Both the position numbers and the translations under genes were made by a program. Below, one piece after another: positions 13,310 through 26,600 of a stretch of DNA of 64,000 nt. The notes below the pieces were generated by a model, which saw only the letters and a list, made by a program, of their open reading frames with translations, did not search any database and was not told the origin of the DNA. The DNA is taken from positions 18,538,001-18,602,000 of the forward strand of contig NW_026889779.1 in assembly GCF_033153115.1 (NCBI RefSeq), in the 5' to 3' direction. Positions within the stretch are counted from its first letter, which is position 1; the number at the start of each line of letters is the position of its first letter. The stretch comes from Saccostrea echinata. Taxonomy: Eukaryota.

Positions 13310-13497
13310 TGTCCAGAACTGTCACTGTAATGGTGGTACTGTCTTATTTATTACTTTTAAATATCACATCCTCCCCCAGGACGGTTCGATCTTCTCATCC
13401 ATCTTCATCACTTTATTGATCACCAAATGACGGGCTCTTTTGCCAGTGAACAACAGATATTTGTAATGCTGGATAATTACTGGCCGTTAACATTTAG

Positions 13498-13505
13498 TGA
13501 CGTAA
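13498..13505. promoter_or_regulatory. CRE/ATF-like motif TGACGTAA upstream of gene B
   Basis: About 190 nt upstream of the ATG. CCAAT (minus strand) at 13534-13538. Confidence 0.45.
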
Positions 13506-13888
13506 TGTGGGCTCAGATGTAAGGCTTGTTCTCATTGGTTGAATATGTTTTACCTTCAGAAAAAATCCATTTTGATAAATAGAGAATGTCCTCTGTTTTA
13601 AAGTATTTTATATTTAATTTGAGAAAAGTAGTCAGTCATAAATTAATTACCTTGATAAAAATTTAGGATGTGAAGATTTCTCTTAAAATTCCTGTAGCAT
13701 ACTTGATGTATTTTTCTCTGGAGATACATCATAAAGTATATTTTTACCTGCTAATTATGTCAGGTATATGTATAACTATCTTGAGTTAAGGATTTTTTTT
13801 TTATTTTGACATATCTAAGACATGTTAACTTGCATACAAGCACACCACATGTAGTTGGAAGGATTGTACATATATTTTAAGAAAGTTT

Positions 13889-14168
13889 TGTTTGCTTCTT
13901 TGTTTGCTGTTTAACGTCCCTTCAGAATTCTTTATTCATATTGAGACAACACTAATTGCCGGTGGAGGGCTGCAAATTTAGACCTGTACTCGGAACTTAC
14001 GGCTTTTGAGCAATGGGGAATCTTTTTGGTGCCAGCTGCACCTACTGCGACACGGGACCTCGATTTATACGGTCTTAATCAAAGGACTGATCTCCACGTC
14101 ACTCTGTGGATTCGATCCCGGGACGTAAGGATTAGCTGTCTGGAGCAAATGCTCTAACCACGCGGTCG
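13889..14168 (-). mobile_element. tRNA-derived SINE (second copy)
   Basis: Colinear with 6816-7102 (ttgccggtggaRggctgcaaattta, gggacctcg, ggattcga, gctctaacca). Flanked by near-direct repeat tattttaa(a)gaa, a possible TSD. Confidence 0.78.
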
Positions 14169-14749
14169 ACTATTTTAAAGAAGAATACAAATGAATCGTT
14201 AAAATGGTGTCAAATTGTTACTAACTTTAGTTTATATTTTCAAATGTACAGTTTCAGTTACACCATTTTTATAAATAAATATGATTATCAAAGATAAATA
14301 TCTACATTTTTTCCCGAATTTATAATATTAGAATATAGTATGAAATGTCATTCAGGAAAGTTGTTTTTTGTTTTATTTTGATCGTTAGATAAAGTTATAG
14401 TATGAGATAAATATTTAGTATTCTCTAGGATGAAATAAGTTATCTGTGCATGTATCAAATTTTATTATTTCATTTTTTAAATTTTTTTTTCAAATATGGA
14501 AATATTTCGAAAGATTAAATAAATTATGTCCGGATGCATGACTAAAATACAGGTTTAAAATTATACTTAAAATTTATGAAGAGTATTTTAAAAATATATA
14601 TATATAAACATTAACAAGATCAAAGTTTGACTTCTTTTGACAGACATAGAGGAAACATACCCTTAGGTGTGCGCCAAGCTCTGGGATGTTAATTATGAAA
14701 TATGAAAATAATAATCAATTCAAGCTCAAAAGTCAATTGAAACAATACA

Positions 14750-15050
14750 GATTGGGAGCAAAGCAAACACTGACCTCTAAAATCATCGTAGATGGGATCG
14801 GGGGCCATGGAGGAGTAAGTATTCCCTGTCAACCGGTCACACCCGCTGTGTTCTCCTTGTCATGAAAACAGAAAAATCGGTAGACAATTCAGCGTAAAAA
14901 TAATGGCATAACAATTTGTATGAAAAATGTCAGTCAACATTCGATTTAACGATAGATTGTATTCACTGTTTATTAGATGTATTTGATCATTGTATCGACC
15001 ATAGAATTTGTGAAACATTGAATCTACACAAGACTGTTGATATCCTTATG
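14750..15050 (-). mobile_element. PLE-like retroelement 3' fragment
   Basis: Reverse complement of the conserved 3' motif gggtgtgaccggt..caggg..cttactcctccatggc..gatccca plus FYGRYNDL-type coding remnant. Confidence 0.6.
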
Positions 15051-16537
15051 ACAGTGCCTAAATCTTAACATCTAATTGCCACAATGATTTATACAGCACA
15101 CGCCTCTGAATATTCGTAATATAAGAACTGTTTCATTTTTGCACGAATGGTCTTTTTTGCAATCACATTCATTATACATACATGTATTTTAATTTTTTTG
15201 TTTTGTTTTGTTTTTTGTTTTTTTTTTCTTTTTCGGGGGGGGGGGGGGGGTCATTTCTTGATTTGAGAATCCATTAAAGATTAACAATGTAATTCATCTT
15301 TTTATTTGCAACTCTATTCTTCCATTTTTGCATATTTATTTAGGCATTTCATTGAAACCGAAAAATTTGCTTGACATATATTCCCCTCATACAATGTAAG
15401 GCATTACAGAAAAGAATACAAATTCAAAATCGATCAAATGGAGATGATCTATTGAATAGAAAGAGTGTCATGAAAAATACCATGTAAATAATAGTATTGA
15501 AATAGGTTGAAGATAACAAACAGTAATCGATCTAAAAAAAAAAATACCTATACACAATGCAAACTTTGAAGAGGGCATAAAACACGGACCCCTGAAATTC
15601 CAGAGGTTGTATCAGGTGCCTAAATTCATAGATAGTTTTGAAAATAAGTTTACAATTCAAGAAGAGCAAACAATCAAAACCCCTCGGTCATCAGCATCAA
15701 AAGACATGTACACCAATGTAACACAAATAAAGCCAGGGGTGGATGGTAGTTCAAAATGGACAGAATGTGTTCTGTGTGTGAAATGTATCAATCTTATTCA
15801 ATCTTATTTTATGTAAAGGTCATTATAGATGAAAACTCACTGGAGCATAAAAAATCATATATGGATTATTTATATACTGACCTGGTTACATTTATCCTTG
15901 AGCAAATGAGCGATCTGTCTTTTTCAACGATAAGTTCATAAATATTGCTGTTGGGGACGTCTTAGGTTAATTGCATTTCTGAACCTTTTTTAAGTTTCTT
16001 CAGTTTCAAGCTCATAATTCTCTCAAAATCATATCTGTGACGTGTATGTGTCTTGGCTATGATAAGTTAAATAGTCATAATCATTGGAACATCTTTATAT
16101 CATATTTTGTTCAAGATATAAGTAAATGCAAAAGATCCCCCCCCCCCCTCCAGTCTACGACATTGGAGATATAAATGCTTTGAGAGATGTCCTTTGTAAT
16201 ACAAATAAGGAAAAATCATGAACCCCATATTCCGCAAAAAAGAGAAAATTACGCCTTTCTATCAGCTGAAAAAGTATTCTACCGTCATCGAAGACACAAA
16301 TGACTCAAAATATACTTAAGGACGTTGAATTTTAAAAATATCTGAGTATGTCGTGCTCCATAGGAATTTAAGTATAATTGAAGCATCAGCAAAAGTTGGA
16401 ATAAACGTCAAATAGATATAAATCATATCTATCAATTACATGTATAGGTGTTTGTAATCTTTGGTTTAAAATATATTTATTCATTACAAATGAAATGGAT
16501 TGAACAGCAGGCATAATGCCTATAATCGTTCTTTTCA

Positions 16538-17317
16538 TAGGTCAAGGTACATATAACTCATGACCCCCGGGGATAAGATGAGACCACAGTGGGGAATTTG
16601 TACCTTGGAATATATAAGACAAATCTTTAAAAATTTCCTTCTCATGAACCACTGGGCTAGAAATTATTAAACTTATGTGGAAGCCTTCTGATGAAAAGTA
16701 GATGCTAAATTGTTCAAACATGACCCCTGGAGTTGGGGCGGGGTCACAATACAGGGAATGAAAGTTTTACATAGGAATTTAAAAGAAAAATCTAACATTT
16801 TCTTCACAAGAATCACTGGACAAGAAAGATGAAACCTATGTAAAGACTTCCTGGGGCGGTATAGATTGTAAACTGTTCAAATGATGCCCGGAGGGGGAGG
16901 GGGTAGCGTTGGGCCACACTATATGGGATCAAAGTTTTGCATAGAACTATACAAGTTTTTTTTTTTATTTCTAAAGAAACACAATATAACCATTTGTTTG
17001 AAAAACATTCCCACGTTGTGTGATTTTCTTTAATTATTGACCCCGTGTTAGAGTTGGATAAAATTGGGGTAGAATTGTACATAATGCATATCTACAGGAA
17101 AGGAATGTCCTTCTCCGTAACTGCAAGGCCATGTTACTCATATTGATATTAAAGCATCCCCATGGTGTGTGGATTCAGAGACCCTTTAGAGTAAGGGTGG
17201 GGTCATAACATGGGGTCACAATTTCAAAGGAATAGAAAAGTCTTCTTAAAATTGTATGAAGAACTTCAAGGCTAAGGTAACTTAGGTGAACGTTGTGGCC
17301 GATGGGTCCCTTGTTTT
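16538..17317. mobile_element. Helentron-associated (HINE/Pearl-like) element with ~165-bp internal repeats
   Basis: Repeated catgaccccNggg..gggccaca..aaagttttacatagg..aaaatcttc units. End ggtgaacgttgtggccgatgggtcccttgtttt. Same family as 44779-45270. Confidence 0.6.
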
Positions 17318-17819
17318 TAATAGATCAGGTAAGAAAGCTCCTTCATTGCATGGTGGGGGTTAATATTGTCAATATTCGTGTTTAGGCAGAAGAAATTATA
17401 GAAATATTAGGTATCTTTTTTAATGTAGGCTGAAGCCTTTCGTTCATTGTTATAGCGCAATTTGTTTACATTGTTGCTAGAAGACAATAAATATTTGATA
17501 CAAAATAAAAGTGAAATATATGGCGAGGAAAAACAGTGTATATCAAGCGCAATAATCTGTTAGAAAATTGAATTTAGTTCTCTTTTGTTATCTCTCTTAG
17601 AATTGAAAAAAAAAAATCATGAGAAGATATTGATCATACCATGAATTTTTGATACCCCGAAATAACAGTCTAAATTGCAACAACTAAATCCACCTGACAT
17701 ACTAGTATATAATCTTTGTTTAATTCTTTAAATTCTGCTAGTAAAAAAAATAAATTTTCATACAAAACCTTAAAAACAATTAAAGAAAAATTATAAATGT
17801 CACTCATCAACCTCCCTCA

Positions 17820-18430
17820 AAACACATGACTTTACAACCCTTTATAAACCATTCCACATGCATAAATAGAAGACCAGGCTTTTGACCTCATAGAAAACTG
17901 CATCTTCAATAAATATGGACCTCGAATTTTTCATATATTGTGATGGTTATCAACAAAATTACTTTGTTAAAAAGCATTCTGATTCTAAACAGAAGTGCTC
18001 TGAAGTTGATATTAAAAAAAATGCTTGGGATTCTCATTGACGCTACCTGTATGTAGTATTTATTTGGAGTACAGATCTTCTAACAACCAGCAGTTTGAAT
18101 TTCCATGCGTCCTTCTTTTGCCCCTTTATTAGCTGAACTGTATTTGTATTCGTGTGAAACAGAATTTCTGCAAAAACTTCTACATGGAAAAAAAGTCTCT
18201 TGCTGTGGCCTTCAATTCGACATTTATATATAGTTACGTTTTATAAATTGATAATAATCTTTTTTTCACACGTTGATTTGATATATCCCACAGAACATAA
18301 GATAAAAGACACAAAAGAGTCTAACACATCTGCTTCCTACCTGGATGTTTTCCTAGAGAAAGATATTGATCGCAAACTGACAACTCTAATTTCGATGGCT
18401 TCAACTTTTCTATCGTCAACTTCCCTAATA
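17820..18430 (+). mobile_element. Degraded PLE RT fragment
   Basis: IKDTKESNTSASYLDVFLEKDID..LTT peptide. Colinear with 27356-28370. Confidence 0.7.
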
Positions 18431-19084
18431 CAGCCGTATACCCTAACAAAAAAAAATACTATAGTTATCTATAGCAACTATATAGTTAACTAGAGGAAAC
18501 ACGGACCTCATATGGAATATGATGAGTGTCTTCATTATTCAAAGAAAGGTTTGGGTAATAAGCTCAGAGAAGTACAATGTACAGATAAGGAAAATCTTAG
18601 AACCAAAGCAAAAACTAAATTAAAAAAAATCCTAATCTGTCTGTCATAAAAAAAAGCATGTCGGAAGTAGATTCATTTCACAAAATACCCTTAAGTATCT
18701 CGAATTTTGGACGCACTTGACTCTATCGCGCTACTCTCTATTTACAGCTCAATATTGTGATTTACTTGTAGCTTGAATGTCGGTTTGTCAAAAATTGAAA
18801 CCTCAACAAAAAGAAGAATGTAGATTTCATGGGCATTAATCATATCTATATATTAAATATGCGTATGCCGTTGTTAACATTACTATATAAAATAAGTATA
18901 TATCCATCATTTCATTAGATCATAAATAAAATATCTGCCATTGTATTGTAGATGTGAATATCGTCCGTATTTTATTTTTAGGACTGAAAACTTGCAGGAA
19001 ACATTTGTTTTCCTCAGGATGCAGCCTGTAGCTATTACTCCATGAAAGAAAGATAAACAAGAGTAATCATGCAAGCTCAAAAGT

Positions 19085-19385
19085 CAATTGAAACAATTCA
19101 AATCTGGAGCAGAGCAAACAAACATGACCCCTAAAAGCATCATAGGTGGGATTAGGTGCCATGGAGGAGAAAGCATACCCTGCCGACCGGTCACAACCAC
19201 CATGTGCTCATTGTCATTATCGGGCAAAAAGAAAATATCTGTAGATAATGAACTAACAGTTAGTATGAAAAACCGTCGATATGATAGATTGTATTTGTTA
19301 ACAAGGTCATTGTATCGACCATACAACTTGCAAAATGATGACTTTAAACGAGACTGTTGAAATCCTTCTTTCATTAACTTTAATA
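19085..19385 (-). mobile_element. PLE-like retroelement 3' fragment
   Basis: QQSRLKSSFCKLYGRYNDLVNKYNLS followed by the conserved 3' motif (translates as TGRQGMLSPPWHLIPP). Confidence 0.7.
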
Positions 19386-21176
19386 TTTGTCAGTTTCTTT
19401 TAAAACATCATCCAAAGAAATTAAATACATTTATTAGATTTCGACATTGAATGAAATCATGCGAGTTTGTTTATAATTTGAGAAGATATCCCCAGGAGAG
19501 TTAGTAAGTCTAAAGAATGGGTGTACTTCAATGCAATTTTTTAGCTTAAAATATATAACTTTTTTGATAAAAAAAAAATTATCGTGAATATTTTTAATAG
19601 CCTTCAGTGAAAGTCTAAAAAGCATGCGCAATCAAACAGGATCAACCCATCATCTTGAATTTTTATATAATGTCCTAAAAAAGAAATGAGCAAAGATTAT
19701 AAATACAATCGTTCCATTTCCTTTTGATATGGTTTTTGTATATCTGAACTTTAATTTCATAAGATTCAAGCGCATCGGTCTTTCCTAATTTTATCTGTGG
19801 CATCTATTGTCTAATCAGTTCGTTATGTATATATTATTTTGGGATACGTAATGAAATAGGTGAAGATAACCATAAATTCGACTTGCTACACTACTCCTTA
19901 ATTCTGTATCCCTAGCTTAGTAATAATGTGTGCCGCTCTAATCTTAATTTTATATTTTTCAAGGCATAAAAAATGTACATAGATGGATTTTTCTCAATGT
20001 TTAAAGTTCAATACAATTTATATCTGTGAATAGTAAGGAAAAAACATTAGGGAAAATATAAGTTCAGATAAATACGCTAAGTAATTGAAATAAGAAAAGC
20101 TTAATTCCAAAAAGCAAACTCCTTTCAATCTAACAATAAAAAAGTGCACTTTGGACATGGAAAAGCTAATCATTAAATGTGGAAGGACATGCAGGAATTT
20201 AAGTATCTGAATTTATCGTGCTTCCTTCGTTTTACAAAACAGTAATGTCATGCAGCTTAAAATTTGTCACGTGAAATTGAAACATCATGCAGCAATAAGT
20301 GAAATATAGGTTACATACGTAGCCGTTAATCATATTTATGTATATGTGTTTTTTATTATGTCAGGATAAATATCCATCATTTTTAATAGGTGGTTAAGAA
20401 ATGTCCGTTGTTTTATCGTTGATATAAAAAGCAGTCAATATTTATGTATGGGCTGAATATTTAGAAAAAGAATATTCTGATTACTGAATTTAGCTGTCCA
20501 GTAAATTTAGGCCGTTTTCTATATATCACAACATTAGATTTTAACGTTAAGGTGAAACATCACGCGTAGTATTTTATCTTTTTCTTATTTATTTATTTAT
20601 TTTTGATACAGGCAGATTGATTTGTTGCTGGAAAAGTTTTTTTCCCAATTCATTTCTCCATTGTTACCTTTCATTGCATTGAAAACATTTGCATTTGAAA
20701 TAAAAAAAAAAAATAAAGATAGTTCTAAATTGAAATTTTTACTCAGTTCGCTTATTTCACAGCTCAGTATTGTTAAACAACTGGAATTTCGGCGTGTTAA
20801 ATTGAAACCTCAGCAAAATGTGGAATGTGGGCTACATAGATATAATATATGTGAGTGATAGCATCATGATGTAAAGTTGATATCCATCATTTTAATAGAT
20901 TATGTAAGAAAGCGCGTTTATTCTATCGTCGAGGTAAATTTTGCCAATTTGACATTAGTATGGGCTAAAAAAATATATCCATTTTTTTTTATCTTTCAAA
21001 CTTTAGGTGTTACTTCGTCTTCCTTCTTTAAGCGCTGTTCTCTGCATCATCACCCGCGGAAATTAAATATTGAATTTCCGCATGTAGATCTGGCAAGGTT
21101 CCTATGTCTTGCTAGGATTTGTGAAACAGAGATCCCGAAGTGCATTTATCTGTTTTAAGAACTGATTTACTCCATT

Positions 21177-21394
21177 ACGTGTTATTTTCCTTTGTAGCAT
21201 TGAGAACATTAACGTGTTATTTTCCTTTTTAGCATTGAGAACATTAACGTGTTATTTTCCTTTGTAGCATTGAGAACATTAACGTGTTATTTTCCTTTTT
21301 AGCATTGAGAACATTAACGTGTTATTTTCCTTTGTAGCATTGAGAACATTAACGTGTTATTTTCCTTTTTAGCATTGAGAGCATTAACGTGTTA
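21177..21394. repeat. 35-bp minisatellite, ~6 copies with alternating variants
   Basis: Unit acgtgttattttccttt(g/t)tagcattgagaacatta. G and T alleles alternate, giving a 70-bp higher-order unit. Confidence 0.9.
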
Positions 21395-22894
21395 TAATCA
21401 AGAGGAAAGGAAAAGTTTATTACGATTTTTTAAATATCCTTAAGGACCTATGGTACAAACTTTTTTCTCTCAAACAATCATGAAAATTAATAACAACTAA
21501 ATCATGTTTATATACACTGTAAGTTAAAGGAATAATTTTAGCCGCACTGTTTCACTGTTTCACAATCTCTTACAAAGTGATAAAAAAATTTATAGATTTT
21601 TTCAGAATGACGGCAAAAAGGTTAAAATTTTTAACATCATAGAAAGTTTACAATTTCTAAATATTTTATAAATTTTATATTTGTATCAATTACAATCAAT
21701 GTAAATGTAAGAGATAAATAATCGTTTTAGTAGGTCAAGTAAAAAAAAAAAAGACACTTAATCGTCTATTTGAAATGCTGTCAATGGGCTGAAAATTTGA
21801 AGGGTACATTTTTTTTCCTTTATAATAATGTCGCCCTTAACTGTTACGTGGTCAATTGCAATTAAGCGCCGTTTTCCTTTCCCGAGGAAATTAAATATTA
21901 GATTCCAGCCGCATGAGATCCCAAGGCGCATTTATACGTTTGTATAGAATGCATCTAATCCATTGGGTTCTTTCATAAGTTGTCTTTCTTGGCACATACG
22001 TTAAAATATCCATCGCCCTGGCCCAATCACACAACCTTCACAAAAAAACAAAAACAGATTGATCCAATGGTAGAACCTTAATCAGAACGATTCGATTTCA
22101 TTAAGATATTTACAAAGATGTTTTAATTCGTATAATGATTTAAGTGTTTCATCATTTCATTTTGGGTAATTATTAATATCCCGGAGTAAAATTACTCTTT
22201 AATGTTCCTTTTTGCAAAAAAACAAATATTGTACTCAATACGTTTCATTAAATTATGCCTTCATTTATCAAGAATTTCAATGAAGGAAGTAAGAGTTTAT
22301 CAAATTCAAGAACACTAAAGATTTGTTAAAACGATCACATTTAATCAACGCCTGGGCGGTTCAGAATTCTGTGGTATTCATACAATTGCCAGTATAATCA
22401 TACTGTACATAGGATCCTATTGATGAGTGGAAATATGTATGGAAAATGACAAAGTAATCGATCAAAGTCGTCATCGATCAATTGATTAATTTACATCACA
22501 AGTTTGTAGTCTAATTATCCTGCCATTTAAAACTGATTGATTGATCAGTTCAAACTTAGATACGTGAATAGGATGTAAGATTGTACATGGAAACCTTTCA
22601 TTGTCTTTTAATTCAATTAAAGAACAAAGAACTCTGTTATCGAAACACACACCTTTGATTTCAATTGAGACCGCTTATTTAAAGTCACCTATTTCTGTTA
22701 TTTATTACTATTCTTGCTGTTCCTTCTGTCTGAGATGAGTGAAAGACGATCTTCTTAAAAACATTTATTCTTAGAATAAATATGTACAAATTTTTAAATA
22801 TAATCATATAAAAAATACACACGCCATAAAAATGCTATAACTAGCCATTTACACCCACACACATTCAATTTGATTGTTCTTGGTAGAAGAAATC

Positions 22895-25800
22895 CTACAG
22901 AAGAAAACGAGGACGGAAGTGTCGAAAACGGCGGGAACGACTCTCCCTAGGTCTTGAAAAAGATATATGCCTGTCACTGAAAAATCTGCCTCGTTCTAGC
23001 ACAGGCGGTCGGCGTTGTCGTATTGTCCTACCACTTTGACGTATTCCTGACCTTCTATCCGAATTACCAGGAAAAGGGACTCTTCTGCGATTATTGGAAG
23101 GTCTCCTGATCAAGTTTGAATCACGTGATCTTTGTCTGCTGATAGAGCTCAGTATACTGTTGACGTTCCTGTCTTGGGGCCTATTTCCTCTTATCCCTCT
23201 GTCTGTGGACCTGTTTCCAATACTGTCGCGGGGTCTGTTTCGCACATTTTCCTGTCTGCCACCGCGGATTATTTCTCCACGGTTGTCATTTAATCTATTA
23301 TTCTCATTGAATCCGTTTCTTTCAGGAGACCGACGGTTTGGCGGTTCAAATCTGTCTCTATTAGGAGATCCATTACTTGGGGTTTCAAAGATCAAGTTGG
23401 GCAGACTTGACCTTAGGTCTCGGTTTTCCCCTGAAATACTTCCTCTTTCAAAATTTAAACGATTTGTATTGATAAAACCTGGCTGCCGTATCGGTTGACC
23501 AAATCCTGGCAGCACTTGGTTCTGTAAAAGGTTAGGGGCAATCTGACCCGGTAAAACTCCACCTCTTGGAGGAACGCCTACAGTTGGAAGTCCCAAAAAC
23601 TGATTTCCAATATTGGGTGAAAATCCAAAAGATGGTGCCCCAAATGGTATTCCTCCACCTCCTACGTTTTGAAGTGCGCTAAGAGGGTCAATCTGAGGAC
23701 GAGCGGCTGTCACAAACTGTTCTGATTCGGGTCCACCTGAGCCACGGGATTGAAGAGATGGAGATGCACCAGCCCCCACGATACCACTGGTGGGACCTGA
23801 GGAGAGATTTTCTGATTGCGGTAGCTCAAAAGCGTTTGCTAAAGAAGAATCGAGAGGTGGAGTAGATTCGAATCCTGTTGTTCCAGGAAGTCGTCCAGAG
23901 TTAAAATTTGGTTGAAATCTGACTGAAGAAGTAGAACTTCCACGTCCAGGATTTATAATGGCTGCCTGCTCATTTACATCCGGGACTATGGCATTTTCTG
24001 TCCCGGATGTTTGTCTGTTGCTTTTCAACGGTACAGACAGCCTGTCGATTTCTTTATTTACTTCGGAAAGTGCGCGCCGGAGCTCAGCAGCTGATAAGTC
24101 TTCTAGCTTAGTACTTGGGGAATTTGGTGGCCGTTGTCTTGATGTGTCGGATGAGGTAAACCTACTTCTGAGATCCCGAAGTTGGGCGATATTTGGTTGT
24201 ATACTTTGACCAAAGGGGATTTGTCCTGTACCACGGGTTTCAGGAAGTGAAAATAAGTTTGTATTTTCACGGTTGAGTTCCTGAAGCTGAGTGGCGACGG
24301 GTGGCACGTTACGAGCGAAAGCGGCATTGCTGAATCGTGAAAAGTCGGTGTCCTGTGTTTGTGTGGAGGGTAAGGTCTCCATGGTTTGTGATAATATCTG
24401 CTGTTGGTTTACCGTTTGTGTTGTAAAGGGGTCACGTGGGGGTTTGGTTATTTCCTTTTTGGGTGTTACTGGAGAAGGATCAAAAGATAAATCGTTTAAA
24501 TTAGGAAGTGAAAGTTCTGGAACATTCTGCTGAATATTACTTTCGGATGTTTCAGTCGCAGATTTTGAAGAGATAGATTGCCGACCGCCACTGTTGGACG
24601 CAGCTCCACTTGATTTCGAAGGAAATGATGGGATACTAGCAATATTTCCTCCAGCAGATCCAAACAAGTCAGATGAACCGAAAGCAGGACTTGCATCTTT
24701 TGCAATGCCTTCAATTGTATTTACACCGGAAGTACCAGTCTCACCTCCAAATGAATTCAAAAGAGCGTCTATGTTACTAAAATCTCCGTTACCTCCGGTA
24801 ACAAGTCCCTGAAGACCGGGATTTGCTGCAAGATTTTGCTGTAGCTCTTTAGTGATGTCATTAATGGCAGCCTCTAAATCTAGAGCACCTGTGCCTGTTC
24901 CGGGGATGGCACGCTCCAAATCTACATGATCTAAGACGCCTGTTCCTGCTTGTCTAGGAATATCTGCTACGGCGGATCCTAAATTTCCTGGTGTTGATTT
25001 TCCCGAGGTCCCTTGTCTACCAGGGGCGAAACCGTTAATTTCTGCCAGCAAGGAATCTAAATCAAGCCCCCCCGTGGGGTCTGAGGTCTGTGCTGATACA
25101 TCTGTATTTGAAAAAAAAAATACATTTTAAGTTTTTTACTTAAAAGAACAAATCCTGAAAGATGAAAAGCAAACTAGATATGAAAGGATTAAATTGGGGT
25201 ATAATTTATGTAGTCTGTGAGTTTTGGGGTTGTAGAGGAAATCGATATCAACGGAAATAATGATTATGTCTATTTCGGGTCATTAATCATCACTTTTAAA
25301 ACTCTTTTGAAGAAAAGTGTATTTTTCACATAAATGTAAGTTTTCTTTCTCTCTATGTTTATTGAAACTAAGGTTTTAGAAAATAAGTGATTAGCTGTTT
25401 CAATATCTGTTTATGATAGCTAGAAAAGAGCAAATTCCTACATGTTTTCATTAAATATACGGAAAAGTATTTTATAAAAATATATGAAAAAAGGGGAAAA
25501 TCTAGCTGGAAAGATTTTCAGAAGTCAATGCAAATGATAATGATAGATGCAGAAAATTTTAAAATTGTGATGAAAGGAAACTTACATAACTTGTGGTACT
25601 AAAACAAGAAAAAAAAACATAACATAAAAACCCACTTTCTTGCTTCCATTTCATAAAAAAAATCATGAGATTTTCGGGAGTCCTCCTTCTAAGTAGGAGG
25701 GGATTCAGGTCTAAAAGCTCATTCGAAGTCTTTGACTTCAAATTAGCCTACACTTGAAGAGAAAGGAATATATCCCACTGTCATTGTGATTAAAATAGAA

Positions 25801-26600
25801 AAGAAACAATACACATCCATCGGCTTAATTAATCCCTAAATTGACGATAAAACTATCATTTCGATAGTTTAAGGTGCTGTCTTTAGATTATTCTAATTAC
25901 TATAATACATATAGTATGGAGGTTTTAAAATGAATTTGCAGTGCGTAAAAACTGCCTTTTTCCCAGAAGTCAAGAAATGATTTGCATGGTCAATTCAATT
26001 TTTAAGAAATTATAATGAAAAATTGCATCGAATATCGTATATATATCACAGTCATGCTCACTGAATGGAGGTTTCTTCGTAAAAATGATATAATTAGACA
26101 AAATCTGTCACGGGAGGGGGGAAGGGGCATTGGATTGGCTTCTTTTTTTTTTTACCTATTTTCTATTAACTACAAATTCTTGTTACAAATTTCTAAACTA
26201 AATAAATAACAATTTTGTTTAAAAGAAAAAAGAAACCATAAAAAAACCCCGTTATAAACAGATGTTTTATTTACACTCACATTCTAAAAAAAATATTTCA
26301 CTACAATTTCTTCATTTAATTTCTAAATAAAAATTTTCAGAGTTTTGTTAGTATCCACAACATTGCATTTCTCTTGAATATAGACTTGTATCGGGAGTCT
26401 ATTAAATATCAGAATATATGTACCTTATCCCCACCTCTCCACCCCAATACATTGACTTAGGTTTCACAGAAATGTTGATGTTCGCTAACATCGCTAACAT
26501 TTCACAGAAATAAATGTATGGTCTTCGAAACAAAAATAAGCAATGCTGAGGACTTACACTGTACACAAAGAAAGGTAATAATCCACCACTTTCCCATCAT
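22895..26600 (-). CDS. Gene C: secreted ~749-aa Ser/Gly/Pro/Asn-rich disordered protein with Arg-rich C-terminus, orphan (2 coding exons)
   Basis: Exon 1 26600-26558 (43 nt, MMGKWWIITFLCVQ+T, donor GTAAGT). Exon 2 25101-22895 (acceptor ttttttcaaatacag). The phase-1 join gives signal peptide MMGKWWIITFLCVQYVSA/QTSD. 2.2-kb open frame with raised GC. TATA-like CATAAATATA at ~26653-26644 and AATAAA at 22769-22764. Confidence 0.85.

Noticed and set aside
21177-21394. 35-bp repeats as a CRISPR array
   Set aside because: The units are head-to-tail with no unique spacers, there are no cas genes, and the context is eukaryotic.
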